From assembly GCA_963700535.1 (NCBI GenBank), contig CAVOXU010000002.1:88094-152093 (forward strand): a DNA stretch of 64,000 nt, given 5' to 3'. Below are positions 19,382 to 30,337 of this stretch, piece by piece. Below the pieces are notes generated by a model. The model made no database searches. It was not told the DNA's origin and was given only the letters and a program-made list of their open reading frames with translations. Numbering within the stretch: the stretch's first letter is position 1; each line of letters starts with the position of its first letter. The stretch is from Chrysiogenales bacterium (lineage in GTDB: Bacteria; Acidobacteriota; Aminicenantia; UBA2199). Both the position numbers and the translations under genes were made by a program.

Positions 19382-19933
19382 TCAATACAATTTTTTGCGA
19401 AAAATCTCGTTTTTTATTTTTTTTATGGCCCGCTGTTTGCGGACACTGATGTAATGGTTGGAACGGTTGATCATGTCTGATATTTCGCTGATTTTCTTTT
19501 CCTGCAGGTAGAAGGCATTCAGAATGAGCCGGTCAATTTGCGGCAGGTCCTTGATCAGCCGGTTTAAAACTTCGCCCAGTTTCTGATTTTCCATCCTGTC
19601 GGCTTCGGTGAAATCGCAAGTCACTTCGCAGACCAGGCTGACTTTTTGCTGGATTTCATTGTTTTTTCTCTGCTTGTAGAAATAATTGTAAAGCACCCGT
19701 TTGGCAATGCCGAACAGGAATGGCGCGATCCAGACTGCGCTCGCCATCTTGCCCTGGTCAAGTCCGCGGAAAAATGCGCTGAAAACCTCCTGTACCAAGT
19801 CTTCATAATTGTTCTCGCCCTTGATGCGGTTGCGAAAATACATGAAAATGCGCGGATTGAATGTTTCGATCAATTTTTTCTGCGCTTGCGGGTCGTGGTT
19901 GCGCAAATTTTCAAAAAAACGGGCACCGTCCAT
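19382..19933 (-). CDS. RNA polymerase sigma-70 factor, ECF subfamily
   Basis: Sigma-2 and sigma-4 regions (DLVQEVF, YLQEKKISEISDMI). Confidence 0.8.
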   Translation of the reverse strand: MDGARFFENLRNHDPQAQKKLIETFNPRIFMYFRNRIKGENNYEDLVQEVFSAFFRGLDQGKMASAVWIAPFLFGIAKRVLYNYFYKQRKNNEIQQKVSLVCEVTCDFTEADRMENQKLGEVLNRLIKDLPQIDRLILNAFYLQEKKISEISDMINRSNHYISVRKQRAIKKIKNEIFRKKLY

Positions 19934-19936
19934 GTT

Positions 19937-20338
19937 TCAGGGCAGTGGATGCAAATCCTTTTCCAGAAAATTGTTGCTGAAATCGGATTCGGGAATTGCT
20001 TTTTCCACGTTCACATCCACCCGGATCTTCAGCGCCTTCCCGGCCCTGAAATTGGTCTTGAATATAATAAAACTGTTTTTTAAAAAAATAGTAGGGTCAA
20101 TGCCTTTGATCTTGTATTCGGCCCGTTTTACGCCATTGATCGCCAGCTTCAGAAAAATCTTATCCCGGGCTTGCAGGGGGTATTGGAAATCCTGGCTGGA
20201 AGAATTTTCGATTTTCAGGGCAATGAAGCCGTCCTGAAGCACCAGGATGTCTCTGATTTTGAAATCCGGCACTTCTCCGGCCTGCAAAAGCAGCAAAGCC
20301 GGCATCAGAAAAAACGCCCATTTGTTCATTGTTGCCAC
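19937..20338 (-). CDS. Secreted hypothetical protein, first gene of the ECF sigma operon
   Basis: Signal peptide MATMNKWAFFLMPALLLLQA. GAGGGTGG Shine-Dalgarno. Confidence 0.5.
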   Translation of the reverse strand: MATMNKWAFFLMPALLLLQAGEVPDFKIRDILVLQDGFIALKIENSSSQDFQYPLQARDKIFLKLAINGVKRAEYKIKGIDPTIFLKNSFIIFKTNFRAGKALKIRVDVNVEKAIPESDFSNNFLEKDLHPLP

Positions 20339-20389
20339 CCTCAGAATACATACAGATAATAAACCAATATCTCAAATTTAACAATGAGA

Positions 20390-20418
20390 TTGCATAAAAA
20401 AATGATATGGCCTATAAT
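20390..20418 (+). promoter_or_regulatory. Near-consensus sigma-70 promoter for the CHAT gene; a palindromic operator overlaps the -35
   Basis: TTGCAT, 17-nt spacer, TATAAT. The ATG lies 8 nt after the -10 and has no Shine-Dalgarno, suggesting a leaderless transcript. The inverted repeat atctca-N10-tgagat spans 20370-20391. Confidence 0.5.
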
Positions 20419-20426
20419 TTTCGCCG

Positions 20427-22017
20427 ATGAAGAAGATAGGTCGGGCCTGGCTTTTCCTTTTGCTGATCTGGTCGCTGCCGGCTTCAGAGCCTGTAATTCA
20501 CGGAAATGGCTTGCCGCGGTTGAAGAAAGATTTTTCCGAAATCATCTGCCGCTTGCTCAACGGCTTTGAACTGCGCCGCGAGAGCCGATTTTTGCAGGCT
20601 GCGCTTTTTTTCAGCGAGATCAGGTCCCATCCGCTTTGGGAATTGACCTGGGGTAAACGCAGGCAATCGCTGGCAGCCGAACAAAAACTGCTGAAAGCAA
20701 GCACCCTGCTCTGCAGTCATCTGCGTAGCGATACTTGCCTGCCTAAAAAAAGTGAATTGAATCTATCCCAGCTGGCATTGGAATATTTGCGCATGGCCGA
20801 CCGAGTTCAGGTGCCGATGCTCAAGGCGGCACTGTGTCCGCCTGATGGTTGGGAGATCGGCCGGGTGCAAAAGCAACTTGAGGCCGGACAGGTGCTGCTG
20901 AAGTACGTTTTGCTTGAAAACCGCATGCTGGTGTTTTTCATCGGGCCCGAGTCGGCCGGATATGTTTTTCTCCCGGCCAGTACGGCACATGCCGTGCAGA
21001 TGATCGACCGGCTTTCCGAGCCGCTGGAGGATTTGGCCAACGGCAGGGTCGATTACCTGCGCATACATTTTGACATGGAACTGGCGCAACGGCTTTACAA
21101 TGTTTTTCTGAAAAAAACGGTCGAGCGTTTTCCTCATATGCGACGAGCTTTTTATCATTCCCGACAAGGAACTTTTCAAGTTGCCATTTGAAGCCCTGGT
21201 TATGGGTTTTAACAGAAACTTCCAGCAGGACGATGTTTTGTTTTCTGAGTACCAGGCAGCCGATTATGTCATTCAAAAATACACGGTTTCGTATTATCTT
21301 TCCCTTGCCGATTTTTTGCGGAAATTTCCAGGCCCCAAGAATCATCCGCTCACGCTGGCCGCTTTCGGCCAGCCGCTTGTCATGCAGCCAGCGGAAAACG
21401 CACATTTCCCGAACCAGGCAAGCGTCAGCTCCATAGCCGAAATCCCTTCAACCCGCCTGGAGATACTGAACCTGGAAAAAATGTTTGCCGTTTCGCGCCG
21501 GCGCATATTCCTGGGCGCCAGTTTCAATCATGACAATTTTGTCCGCTTCGCGCCCCAGGCCAGGCTCATCCATATCGCTACCCATTTTTTTACCAACCAT
21601 GAGGATCCGTCCTGTTCGGCTTTTCTGTTTTCCCGACCGCCACTCACCCGTCCTGTGTGCCAGGCCAAACAGATCCTCAAACTGCGCCTGCAGGCTGAAC
21701 TGGTGATCCTCAGCGCCTGCGAAACTTCGGAAAAAAATTTACTGGGCCTCAAGTCGTTGAGCGGCATGACGGCCGCTTTTCGCCAATCCGGGGTGCGGGA
21801 CCTGATAGCCAGCCTCTGGCCTGTGGATGAATTCAGCTCCCTGATCGTGCCGTTGTTCTACGGGGAATACCTGCAGAGCGGAGCTTGCGCCGCGGCCTTA
21901 AGAAAGGCCAAATTGATCCTTTTCGACAAAACCATTCCCATCCAGGACAGCGTCCGGCTCTCATTGGCCCATCCCTTCCTGTGGGCCAATTATGTCCTGG
22001 TTCATTTCTATCGCTGA
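20427..22017 (+). CDS. Secreted CHAT-domain (caspase-like) protease, with an apparent frameshift near 21140
   Basis: Signal peptide, then a His/Cys dyad context (LIHIATHF, LVILSACETS). ORFs 20427..21191 and 21181..22017 are contiguous in different frames. Confidence 0.65.
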
Positions 22018-22239
22018 AAGCTCCTCGATTCGCGGAAAAATCATGCATAAGACGCGGATCATGTTCAGGTGATCGGCTGTGCCGGCCGTTTCCCGGATCG
22101 AGCGCAAGGCCGGCATGGCTTTGCCGACATCGAGCGAGTGCATTTCCAGTCTTGACGGTACACGCGGACCAATGGTCGATCCAGCCGGCCATCTTGACTG
22201 CTGTTTTAAAAAACGCTACACTTCCAGCCAGGAGCAACG

Positions 22240-23007
22240 ATGATCGCCTTGCTGGAGGAGACGCGGGAATTCCGCCGAGTAGCCGAGGTCCTGTTCATCA
22301 AAGGCTGGGCTGAAGCCAGTGCCGGCAACATTTCCCTGCGCTTGGCCGCTCCCCCCGCCCTTGACAAACTCGGGCCCGATCCTGACAAAATCATGGAATC
22401 CTCAGTGGACATGACCGATCTGATCGGAGATTGCTTTCTGGTCACCGCCAGCGGCAGCCGCATGCGTGAAATTGCCGCCGAACCTGAAAAGGGCCTTTGC
22501 CTGATCCAAATCATTGACAACAGCCGTTTTTGGATCATTGACGGCTGCGAGAAATTAAGCAGCGAGTGGGCCACCCATGCCGGCCTGCATTCCCTTTTCA
22601 AGGAGAACCGCAGCGGCGAACGGGCCGTGGTTCATTGTCATCCGCTCAGCCTGATCGCTCTGAGCCATATTTTCAACTCTGAAAAAGAAATCAATGAGAG
22701 GATTTTCCGCCTGCAGCACGAGACGCGCCTGTTCGTCCCGGAAATGCTCGGGTTGATCCCTTATGCCGTTACCGGCTCTAAAATCCTGGCCAAGGCCAGC
22801 AAGGAAAAACTGAAGAAATACCGTCTGGCCCTTTGGGACAAGCATGGCGTCATCGCCTCGGGAAAAAACCTGAGCCAGGCTCTGGACCGGATTGAAATAG
22901 TGGAGAAAGCGGCTGCTCTCTATATGCAGTTGAAATCCATAGGCCTGGAACCGGAGGGGTTGAGCGACAAGCAGATTGCCGAGACCCTGCGCGCCTTCAA
23001 AAAATGA
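22240..23007 (+). CDS. Class II aldolase/adducin family protein (RhaD/AraD-like)
   Basis: GNISLR motif with a His-rich metal site (HCHP). Confidence 0.6.
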   Translation: MIALLEETREFRRVAEVLFIKGWAEASAGNISLRLAAPPALDKLGPDPDKIMESSVDMTDLIGDCFLVTASGSRMREIAAEPEKGLCLIQIIDNSRFWIIDGCEKLSSEWATHAGLHSLFKENRSGERAVVHCHPLSLIALSHIFNSEKEINERIFRLQHETRLFVPEMLGLIPYAVTGSKILAKASKEKLKKYRLALWDKHGVIASGKNLSQALDRIEIVEKAAALYMQLKSIGLEPEGLSDKQIAETLRAFKK

Positions 23008-23975
23008 AAAAAATATTTGCGGTCATGGCGATTTTCATGCTGACCTCGGTGCTGTTCCCCAACCAGGACCTGACCTACCGTTTGGAGTACCAGATCTGCG
23101 GCAGCGCGGTTTCGCGCCTGTTATTGATAATTCCCATCCGTGTTTATTATGATGCGTCGGCTGCGATCGACCTGAAGGTTCGCCCGGGGCCCGATGGCAG
23201 CGCCGTTTTCACCTATGCCGGCATTCCCCGCTCAGCCTATATCCTCAGGACGCTTGGTTTCTCCGGTAAAACCCTGGCCCTGCTCAGTGCCGATCAGGAC
23301 GAAGCTGCCGGAAAGATTTTTATCGATCAACTTTTTCTTGAGTGGCAGAAGCAGACACCTGAATTTTCCGAGCGAGTGAAAACAATAAAAAAATTCCCCC
23401 ATCAGCTGACAACTACCGGTCCGGAGGCATTTGCCTTTGAAAGGGACAGCCAAGGCTATTATGATAATTTCACTGTCGGCCTGGAACCGCGTTACAAGTA
23501 CCACCCTGCTCAAATCGGCATTTATTTCAAGGTCTTTCCCACGCTGGCCGAATTGCTGAAACTGCTCAACCATCGTTTCACTCCCGGCCCGGCCAATGCT
23601 CGATTCGGCCCGTTTCCCGCCGAGTGGACAGGCGATGGGCTTGATTTTTCCGACAACCTGAACCGGGTTGCGGTGCTGCTGGAAAAGATTGTCAAGGCGA
23701 AGGTCACGGTACAGCAAAAATCCCCTTTGCGCCTGCACTACCGCATTGGCGCCAATAATTCCAAAGAGTTGGAGATATGCGGGGAATCATACCCCGACGT
23801 TCCACTTTGGAAAGGATTCATGATCAGGGAGATTTTTCGCCGCGTACGCTTGCGCCAGGTCGACCGGGCTCTGCTTGCCGACGAATTATGGATGGGGGTG
23901 CGCAACAGCAAGGGCCAGGGAGGTTTTTGCAGACTGCAATTAAAAATGATCGAATCCGAGGAGGATGAAAAATGA
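23004..23975 (+). CDS. Secreted hypothetical protein
   Basis: Signal peptide MKKIFAVMAIFMLTSVLF. Its start and stop overlap the neighbouring genes (translational coupling). Confidence 0.5.
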   Translation: MKKIFAVMAIFMLTSVLFPNQDLTYRLEYQICGSAVSRLLLIIPIRVYYDASAAIDLKVRPGPDGSAVFTYAGIPRSAYILRTLGFSGKTLALLSADQDEAAGKIFIDQLFLEWQKQTPEFSERVKTIKKFPHQLTTTGPEAFAFERDSQGYYDNFTVGLEPRYKYHPAQIGIYFKVFPTLAELLKLLNHRFTPGPANARFGPFPAEWTGDGLDFSDNLNRVAVLLEKIVKAKVTVQQKSPLRLHYRIGANNSKELEICGESYPDVPLWKGFMIREIFRRVRLRQVDRALLADELWMGVRNSKGQGGFCRLQLKMIESEEDEK

Positions 23976-24922
23976 ACGACAGCGCCTTTTTATTTCCCGG
24001 TCAGGGTTCCCAGACTGTTGGCATGGGGCTGGACCTTTTCGAGAAAAGTGAATTCGCCAAAAAAACCTTCAAGCAGGCCGATGAGATCCTGGGATATCAT
24101 TTGTCACGCATTTGTTTTACCGGTCCGGAAGAGGAGCTGAAACTGACCTGCAATACCCAGCCGGCCCTGCTCACTGTTTCCTACATTCTTTATTCACTTT
24201 GGCAAAAAGAACCGCTGCTGGCGGCCGGGCACAGTCTGGGTGAGTATTCGGCCCTGCTTTGCGCCGGGGTGTTCACTTTTGAAGACGGGCTTACCCTGGT
24301 TCACAAACGGGGCAAATACATGCAGGAGGCGGTGCCGGTCGGCAAAGGGGCCATGGCCGCCCTGATCGGCGCGGATATCGATGATGTCCGCCAGATCGTG
24401 GCTGAAGTGAACCATGAGCTTGCCGGCCTGCCCGCCGACCCCGCCGGGGTCAGGCGGGTTGTCAACCTGGCCAACTGGAACAGTGCCAGCCAGGTTGTGA
24501 TCTCTGGTGAAAAAGGGGCGGTTGAGGAGGCGGCGCGACGCCTGGAGGTAAAAACGGTCTTTTTGCCGGTTTCGGCTCCTTTTCATTCGGAGCTGATGCT
24601 CCCGGCTGAAGAGAAATTGGCCCTGGATCTCGACCGCGTGGTTTTTGCCGATCCCGGATTCCCGGTCATTAACAATTGGCAGGTGCAAAAGGTCAGGAGT
24701 GGGGCAGAGGCCCGCGCCGGTTTGAAAATGCAGGTTTCACGACCGGTCCGCTGGCATGAAACCATGGAGTCGCTGCTCCTTGATCCAGGCGTCGCCAGAT
24801 TCGCCGAGATAGGCAGCGGCAAAGTGCTGGCCGGTCTGCTCAAGCGCGCCGCCCGGGACAGGCAACGTGATGTCCCGATCGTGAATATTGAAAATCTGGC
24901 CGATATCGAAAAAAATCACTGA
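23972..24922 (+). CDS. fabD: Malonyl CoA-ACP transacylase
   Basis: LFPGQGSQ and GHSLGEYSAL motifs. Confidence 0.9.
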   Translation: MNDSAFLFPGQGSQTVGMGLDLFEKSEFAKKTFKQADEILGYHLSRICFTGPEEELKLTCNTQPALLTVSYILYSLWQKEPLLAAGHSLGEYSALLCAGVFTFEDGLTLVHKRGKYMQEAVPVGKGAMAALIGADIDDVRQIVAEVNHELAGLPADPAGVRRVVNLANWNSASQVVISGEKGAVEEAARRLEVKTVFLPVSAPFHSELMLPAEEKLALDLDRVVFADPGFPVINNWQVQKVRSGAEARAGLKMQVSRPVRWHETMESLLLDPGVARFAEIGSGKVLAGLLKRAARDRQRDVPIVNIENLADIEKNH

Positions 24923-25118
24923 ATATCCCCTTAAGCCGCTTGGGGAAAAGAAAATCAGGAAAAAAACCCGAAAAAAACCCCTGAAACAGTGAAATTCAAA
25001 TAATCAAGCAATATAGGCATTTGACAGAAAAAAAACTCGATAAGGCAAGCCTGTTTTGGATGTCCGAGTGTCAACATTTCCATATCCCCGATAAATCTAT
25101 AAAAAAAACAAAAAAAAC

Positions 25119-25147
25119 TTGACATTATATTTTCAATATGTTAATAA
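25119..25147 (+). promoter_or_regulatory. Sigma-70-like promoter of the pil operon
   Basis: TTGACA, 17-nt spacer, TAATAA, in an AT-rich upstream region. Confidence 0.5.
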
Positions 25148-25184
25148 AACCTTAGTATGAAAATTACATACAGTGGAGAGTGCC

Positions 25185-26267
25185 ATGCCTCTAATCAGTT
25201 TTAAAAAATCCAAACCCATCGTTGGACTTGACATAGGTTCATTTGCTTTGAAACTGGTGGAGTTGAAGGCGAAAAAAAAGGGAGCTGAAACACGCTATGA
25301 ACTTGTCTCCATCGGCTATGAACCTGTTCCCTATCAATCCATCGTGGAAGGAAGCATCATGGATTCCACGGCTGTGGCCGAGGCCATTCAGCATGTATTT
25401 TACGACAGCAAGGCCAAAACCAACCGTATCGCATTTTCCGTGTCGGGAAGTTCGGTCATTGTCAAAAAGATCGAGGTACAGCGCCTGAATCCCGATGAAA
25501 TGCACGAGCACATCCTGTGGGAAGCCCGGCCGCACATCCCCTTCACTCCCGATGAGGTTAACATTGACTATGAAGTAATCGAATCTCCCGACTCCCCTCC
25601 TGACCGGGTTGGGGTAATTTTATCGGCGGTCAGAAAGGAAAAAATGAATGATTACCTCAACGTGATCACCAGCGCCACCAAGGTAGCCAATATCGTTGAC
25701 CTGGATTCTTTCGCTGCCCTGAACAGCGTACTGCTCAATTATGATCTGTACCGCGACAAGGTCCTGGCCATCATCAATATCGGGGCATCGATCTCCAATG
25801 TGATCATCTCCAAGGCCGGACACCCTGTATTTGTCCGCGATATCGCTTTCGGCGGCAACCAGTTCACCGATCTGCTGCAAAAAGAATTGAATCTCAAGTA
25901 TGAAAAGGCCGAAGCGGTCAAAAAAGGCCGTGCCGTGGAGGGCATCTCCACCGCTGCGGTCAAGCCGATCATCAACATCGTGCTGAACGACCTGCGCAAC
26001 GAAATCAAAAAGACGTTTGAATTTTACCGCTCCAACACCACGGAAGGCCGGATCGACAACATCCTGCTCTGTGGCGGCAGTGCCAACCTGGAAGCGATCA
26101 CCGACTATTTCTCTCAGGAATTTGATATCCCGGTTGAAGTGGTCAACCCCTTCAACAATATCGACATCAATTACAAAAAGTTTGATCTAAACTTCATCAA
26201 GGACATGGCTCCGTTGTTTACGGTTGCCGTTGGCCTGGCCCTGAGGGCCGTAGGGGATTCGAAATGA
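25185..26267 (+). CDS. pilM: Type IV pilus assembly protein PilM
   Basis: Actin-like ATPase fold. N-terminus IVGLDIGSFALKLVEL. Confidence 0.85.
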   Translation: MPLISFKKSKPIVGLDIGSFALKLVELKAKKKGAETRYELVSIGYEPVPYQSIVEGSIMDSTAVAEAIQHVFYDSKAKTNRIAFSVSGSSVIVKKIEVQRLNPDEMHEHILWEARPHIPFTPDEVNIDYEVIESPDSPPDRVGVILSAVRKEKMNDYLNVITSATKVANIVDLDSFAALNSVLLNYDLYRDKVLAIINIGASISNVIISKAGHPVFVRDIAFGGNQFTDLLQKELNLKYEKAEAVKKGRAVEGISTAAVKPIINIVLNDLRNEIKKTFEFYRSNTTEGRIDNILLCGGSANLEAITDYFSQEFDIPVEVVNPFNNIDINYKKFDLNFIKDMAPLFTVAVGLALRAVGDSK

Positions 26268-26863
26268 TCAAAATCAATTTATTAAAACCGGAAAAAAAAG
26301 AGGTGGCCGCTGGAGGGACGACCATCAGCCTGACCGAAGAGGCAAAGCCGAGCCAGTTAAGCCTGCCGGCGCTGATCGCGGCCATTGCCATCACGGTTTG
26401 CGGCATCGGTTTGCTGTACTTCCTGCAATCAAGCGAACTGGCTTCTGAAAAAAAACTGTTGGCCGAACGGACCCTCAGAAAGGCGGAACTTGAAAAAGTA
26501 TTGAAGGAGCTGGCTGAAATCGAGAAAACCAAATTGGAATTGGACGCCAAAATAAAGATCATCACCGACCTGAAACTGCGGCAAAAAGATGCGGTTTTCA
26601 TGATGGACAAAATGTCCAGAAGTCTGCCCGAATGGGTTTGGCTGACTGATTTGAATTTCAAGGGCGGGTCGGTGGCAATCAGCGGCAAAGCGCTTTCCAA
26701 CAACCTGATCGCGGACCTGATCAACAACCTGCAGAATTCGAATTCGTTTGTCAATGTCCAGTTGAAATCGACTACAAGAAAAAAGGAAGCCGGTATCGAT
26801 ATTTTTGAATTTCGGATCGAATGTCAGTTTATCCGTCAGTCTGATCTCAATAAGGTGGTTTAA
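26264..26863 (+). CDS. pilN: Type IV pilus assembly protein PilN
   Basis: N-terminal MIKINLLKPEKK, TM helix, then coiled coil. Confidence 0.8.
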   Translation: MIKINLLKPEKKEVAAGGTTISLTEEAKPSQLSLPALIAAIAITVCGIGLLYFLQSSELASEKKLLAERTLRKAELEKVLKELAEIEKTKLELDAKIKIITDLKLRQKDAVFMMDKMSRSLPEWVWLTDLNFKGGSVAISGKALSNNLIADLINNLQNSNSFVNVQLKSTTRKKEAGIDIFEFRIECQFIRQSDLNKVV

Positions 26864-26864
26864 A

Positions 26865-27503
26865 ATGGAAATTCAAAATTTACCTTGGTATGGACAATTG
26901 CTGGTTTTTCTGATTGTAGGCGCCGTCCTGTTCGGTATTTTTTATTTCGTCATTTATTCTCCCACCCAGGACGAGATCGCGTCCATCGTCGTGCAAAGCG
27001 AAAGACTCGAGGATGAAATCCGCAGAGCGGAAAAAAATGAAAGTAAACTGGAAAAACTAAAAACAGAAAAAGCAGCCAATGAAAGGACCCTGGAAGCCTT
27101 GAAGGGTATTCTGCCGGAGAAGAAGGAAGTGAGCCAGATCCTGCGCAAGATCCAGGCCATTGCCTCCAATGCCCGTCTGAAAACCTCGACCTTCACTTTC
27201 AACAAGGAAAACAACCGTGAGATCTATCTGGAATGGCCGATCGCCATCAGCCTGGAAGGCAACTACCACAATTTGGGCATATTTTTCGATCAGGTTTCGC
27301 GCCTGAAAAAAATATTCACCATTGACGGGCTGCATATCACTCCCCTGCGTTCCCTGAGTTATGATTATACGGTCCAGGCCCGTTTTACCGCCACGACCTA
27401 TATCTATCGCGAAGGAGGCAAAATCAGGCAGGCCGTGCCCAAACGCGCCCCGGCCCGCAGGCCTGCAGCTCCGGATACGGGGTTAAAACCAGGAGATTTT
27501 TAA
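26865..27503 (+). CDS. pilO: Type IV pilus assembly protein PilO
   Basis: TM helix plus coiled coil. AAGGTGG Shine-Dalgarno. Operon position between pilN and pilP. Confidence 0.7.
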   Translation: MEIQNLPWYGQLLVFLIVGAVLFGIFYFVIYSPTQDEIASIVVQSERLEDEIRRAEKNESKLEKLKTEKAANERTLEALKGILPEKKEVSQILRKIQAIASNARLKTSTFTFNKENNREIYLEWPIAISLEGNYHNLGIFFDQVSRLKKIFTIDGLHITPLRSLSYDYTVQARFTATTYIYREGGKIRQAVPKRAPARRPAAPDTGLKPGDF

Positions 27504-27995
27504 ATGAAAACCATATTTGTTCTTTTTATTTTATTATTTCCCCTGTTTATACAAGCCCAGGAAATACCCATTGATCTTCCCGAGGCGAGTGATGATGAGA
27601 CCGCCGAGATCAGTGTCATGCCCGGAGAGTTTGTCTACAATCCGGAAGGCCGCCGTGACCCTTTCTGGAACCTGCTGCAGGGCAAGAGTGTCAAGGAAAA
27701 CCGCGAGGCCATAGAGGGCATCGCCGGACTGATGATCGATGAACTGGAACTCGAGGGCATCGTTTTTGCTCAAGGGTCTTTCAAGGCATTGCTGAAAGGT
27801 CCGGATACCAGGCCGTATATCGTCAGCATCGGCGACAAGGTCTATGATGGGGAAGTCGTGGCCATGGACAGAAATTCCGTCAGTTTCAAAAAAAGCTTAA
27901 CCTTGGCCCTGGCCGGCCAGAAAGAACGAATTCTGATAAAGACCTTAAATCCTGAAGAGGAGGAAATGAAAGAAAATGAAAAAAGCAACATGTAG
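27504..27995 (+). CDS. pilP: Type IV pilus assembly lipoprotein PilP
   Basis: Signal peptide. Operon position. Confidence 0.65.
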   Translation: MKTIFVLFILLFPLFIQAQEIPIDLPEASDDETAEISVMPGEFVYNPEGRRDPFWNLLQGKSVKENREAIEGIAGLMIDELELEGIVFAQGSFKALLKGPDTRPYIVSIGDKVYDGEVVAMDRNSVSFKKSLTLALAGQKERILIKTLNPEEEEMKENEKSNM

Positions 27996-30328
27996 AATTT
28001 TGTTGATAGTTCTCTTTTTATTGTGCGGCCTGGGGCTCGACGCCAAGGTGACCATCAACAAAATTGAATATTTCCCCGGCGAGGATTTCGTGCAACTGCA
28101 CATGCAAACCGACAAGATTCTCCCAATTCCCGATATTTTCTATCCCCAGAAAGACAACCTCAATCGCCTGGTCATGCGAATCAAGGATGTCGATTTCAAG
28201 GTGGAAAGCAATTACCTCAGTTTCGATTCGCCGGTGATCCAGGACCTGAACATCAAGAATTCCACTGACTTCACCGACGTCGAGATCACTTTGAAAAGCG
28301 ATGTAAATTACCGTGTATTCACCAACCAGACCGGTTTGTATATCGAATTCCCCGTGCTCAAGGGGCTGGCCACGGCAAATAAGAAAAATGTCGTTGCCGA
28401 CCCGCAGCCCAAGCCAAAAGCCATCCAGGATCCGCTTCCGGTCCGGACCGCTGCTGCTGATTCCGGCCCGGTAAGTGTTCGGGACGTGAAAGTGACTTCT
28501 GCTGAACCCGGCCATATCTGCTTCGAATTCGTCTTGTCGGAACAAACCGAATATCGCGTCATACCGCTCGAACAGCAGCCGGTGCGCCTGGCCATCGACT
28601 TGAAGAACGCCCAGTCCAGGAAGATCCTTAAACCCATAAATTTGCAGAATGTCAAAGCCATCCGCGGCGGCAATAATTCGGCCGAGGTCTTCCGTATCGT
28701 TTTTGACCTTGATTACCTGAAGCATTTTTCGGTGCAGACCAAGGGCAACCTGCTGCAGGTGGAATTTTTTGATAATTCGCAGCAGAGCCCGGCCAACCCG
28801 GTTGTGGCCCAGAAACAGGATATTGCCGACTTATCCTCAACGCCGGCCCAGCCGGTCCTGAAAACCGAACCCGCGCCCACCACCGTCAAAGCTCCGGACA
28901 AGGTCCTGCTGACCCCGGCGCTTGAATCCAAAGCCAAGCCCGCGGCTGCCGGCAAGGAATTTTTCGGACCGGAAAAATCCAGGGCCGAGAATGAGATTGC
29001 CAATCTGCAGGAGGACGCCCCGGTCCAGGAAGAACCGGCACAGGCAGACAACCTCAATTTCCAGAAGAAAACCGTGGATGAAGGCCGGCCGCAGTTTTCC
29101 GGAGACCCTTACGATTTTTCCTTCAAGAATGCCGATATCAGCAACATACTGAAGTTCATCTCCAAAATTACCGGGTTGAACATGGTCATTGACCCCGATG
29201 TCACCGGTCGCTTCACCTGCGAACTGGTGCAGGTCCCCTGGGACCAGGCCCTGGAGCTGGTCCTGAAAGTGAATGGCCTGGACATGGTCCAGGAGGGCAA
29301 TATCCTGCGCATCGGCAAGGTGGAAAAACTGGCCCAGGAGTCCAAGCGCAGGCAGGAACTGCGCGAGGCGCGCGAACAGGAAGGCAACCTGGAAGTTTCA
29401 ACCCGCACCTTGAGCTACGCCAAGGTCAAGGACGTGCAGGCCATCCTGAAAAAGCAGATGAGCCCGCGCGGCGAGCTGGTCATCGACGAACGCACCAACA
29501 CCCTGATCATTTCCGAAGTGCCGGACCGCATCAAGGTCATCGACGGACTGATCGACACCCTGGACGCCGCCAATCCCCAGGTGCAGATCGAGGCGCGCAT
29601 TGTGGAAGCCAATACCAGTTCCCTTGATTCTTTCGGAATCCAGTGGGGCTATAACGCCGTCGCCAATGCCGCGCACGGCAACCAGACCAATCTGATCTTT
29701 CCCAACTCCGTTGTCAGCGGCGGCGTGATGGATGAAAAAGCCAACCCCAACGGCTACGCCATCAACTTGCCGACGGCGGACAGCGTGATATTTCCGAAAA
29801 TTTCTCTGGGCAACATTGCCGGCACCTTCAACCTGGATGTGGCCCTGACCGCCCTGACCCGCAAAGGCAAGGGCCGCATCATCTCCTCGCCCCGGGCCAC
29901 CACCCAGAACAACATGCCGGCCGAGATCACCCAGGGCCAGCGCATTCCCATCCAGACCAACCAGAACAACACCATCACCACCCAATACATCAATGCCGCC
30001 CTGGAGATGAAAGTGACGCCGCAGATCACGGCCAGGGGCTCGGTGATCATGACTGATCGACATCAAGAACGATGTCGCCAATTTCGACCGCCAGGTCCTG
30101 GGCATCCCGACCATCGTCACCGAAACGGCCAAGACCACGGTCATGGTCCAGGATGGCGGCACCATCGTCATCGGCGGTCTGTACAAGATCTCCCAAGCAA
30201 AGCAATACGGACGGAGTGCCGATTTTGAGCAAGATCCCCCTGCTGGGCAAATTGTTCCGCAACTCCCGCAAAGACGGGGAACGCAGAATGAATTGATGAT
30301 CTTCATCACTCCGCGCATCATTAAATAG
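27976..30328 (+). CDS. pilQ: Type IV pilus secretin PilQ (AMIN domains plus secretin), with three frame changes in the last ~280 nt
   Basis: Secretin C-terminal motifs are recoverable only by switching frames near 30052, 30200 and 30285 (VQDGGTIVIGGLYKISQ / SNTDGVPILSKIPLLGKLFRNSRKDGER / NELMIFITPRIIK). Confidence 0.8.
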
Positions 30329-30337
30329 GAGGGAAAA

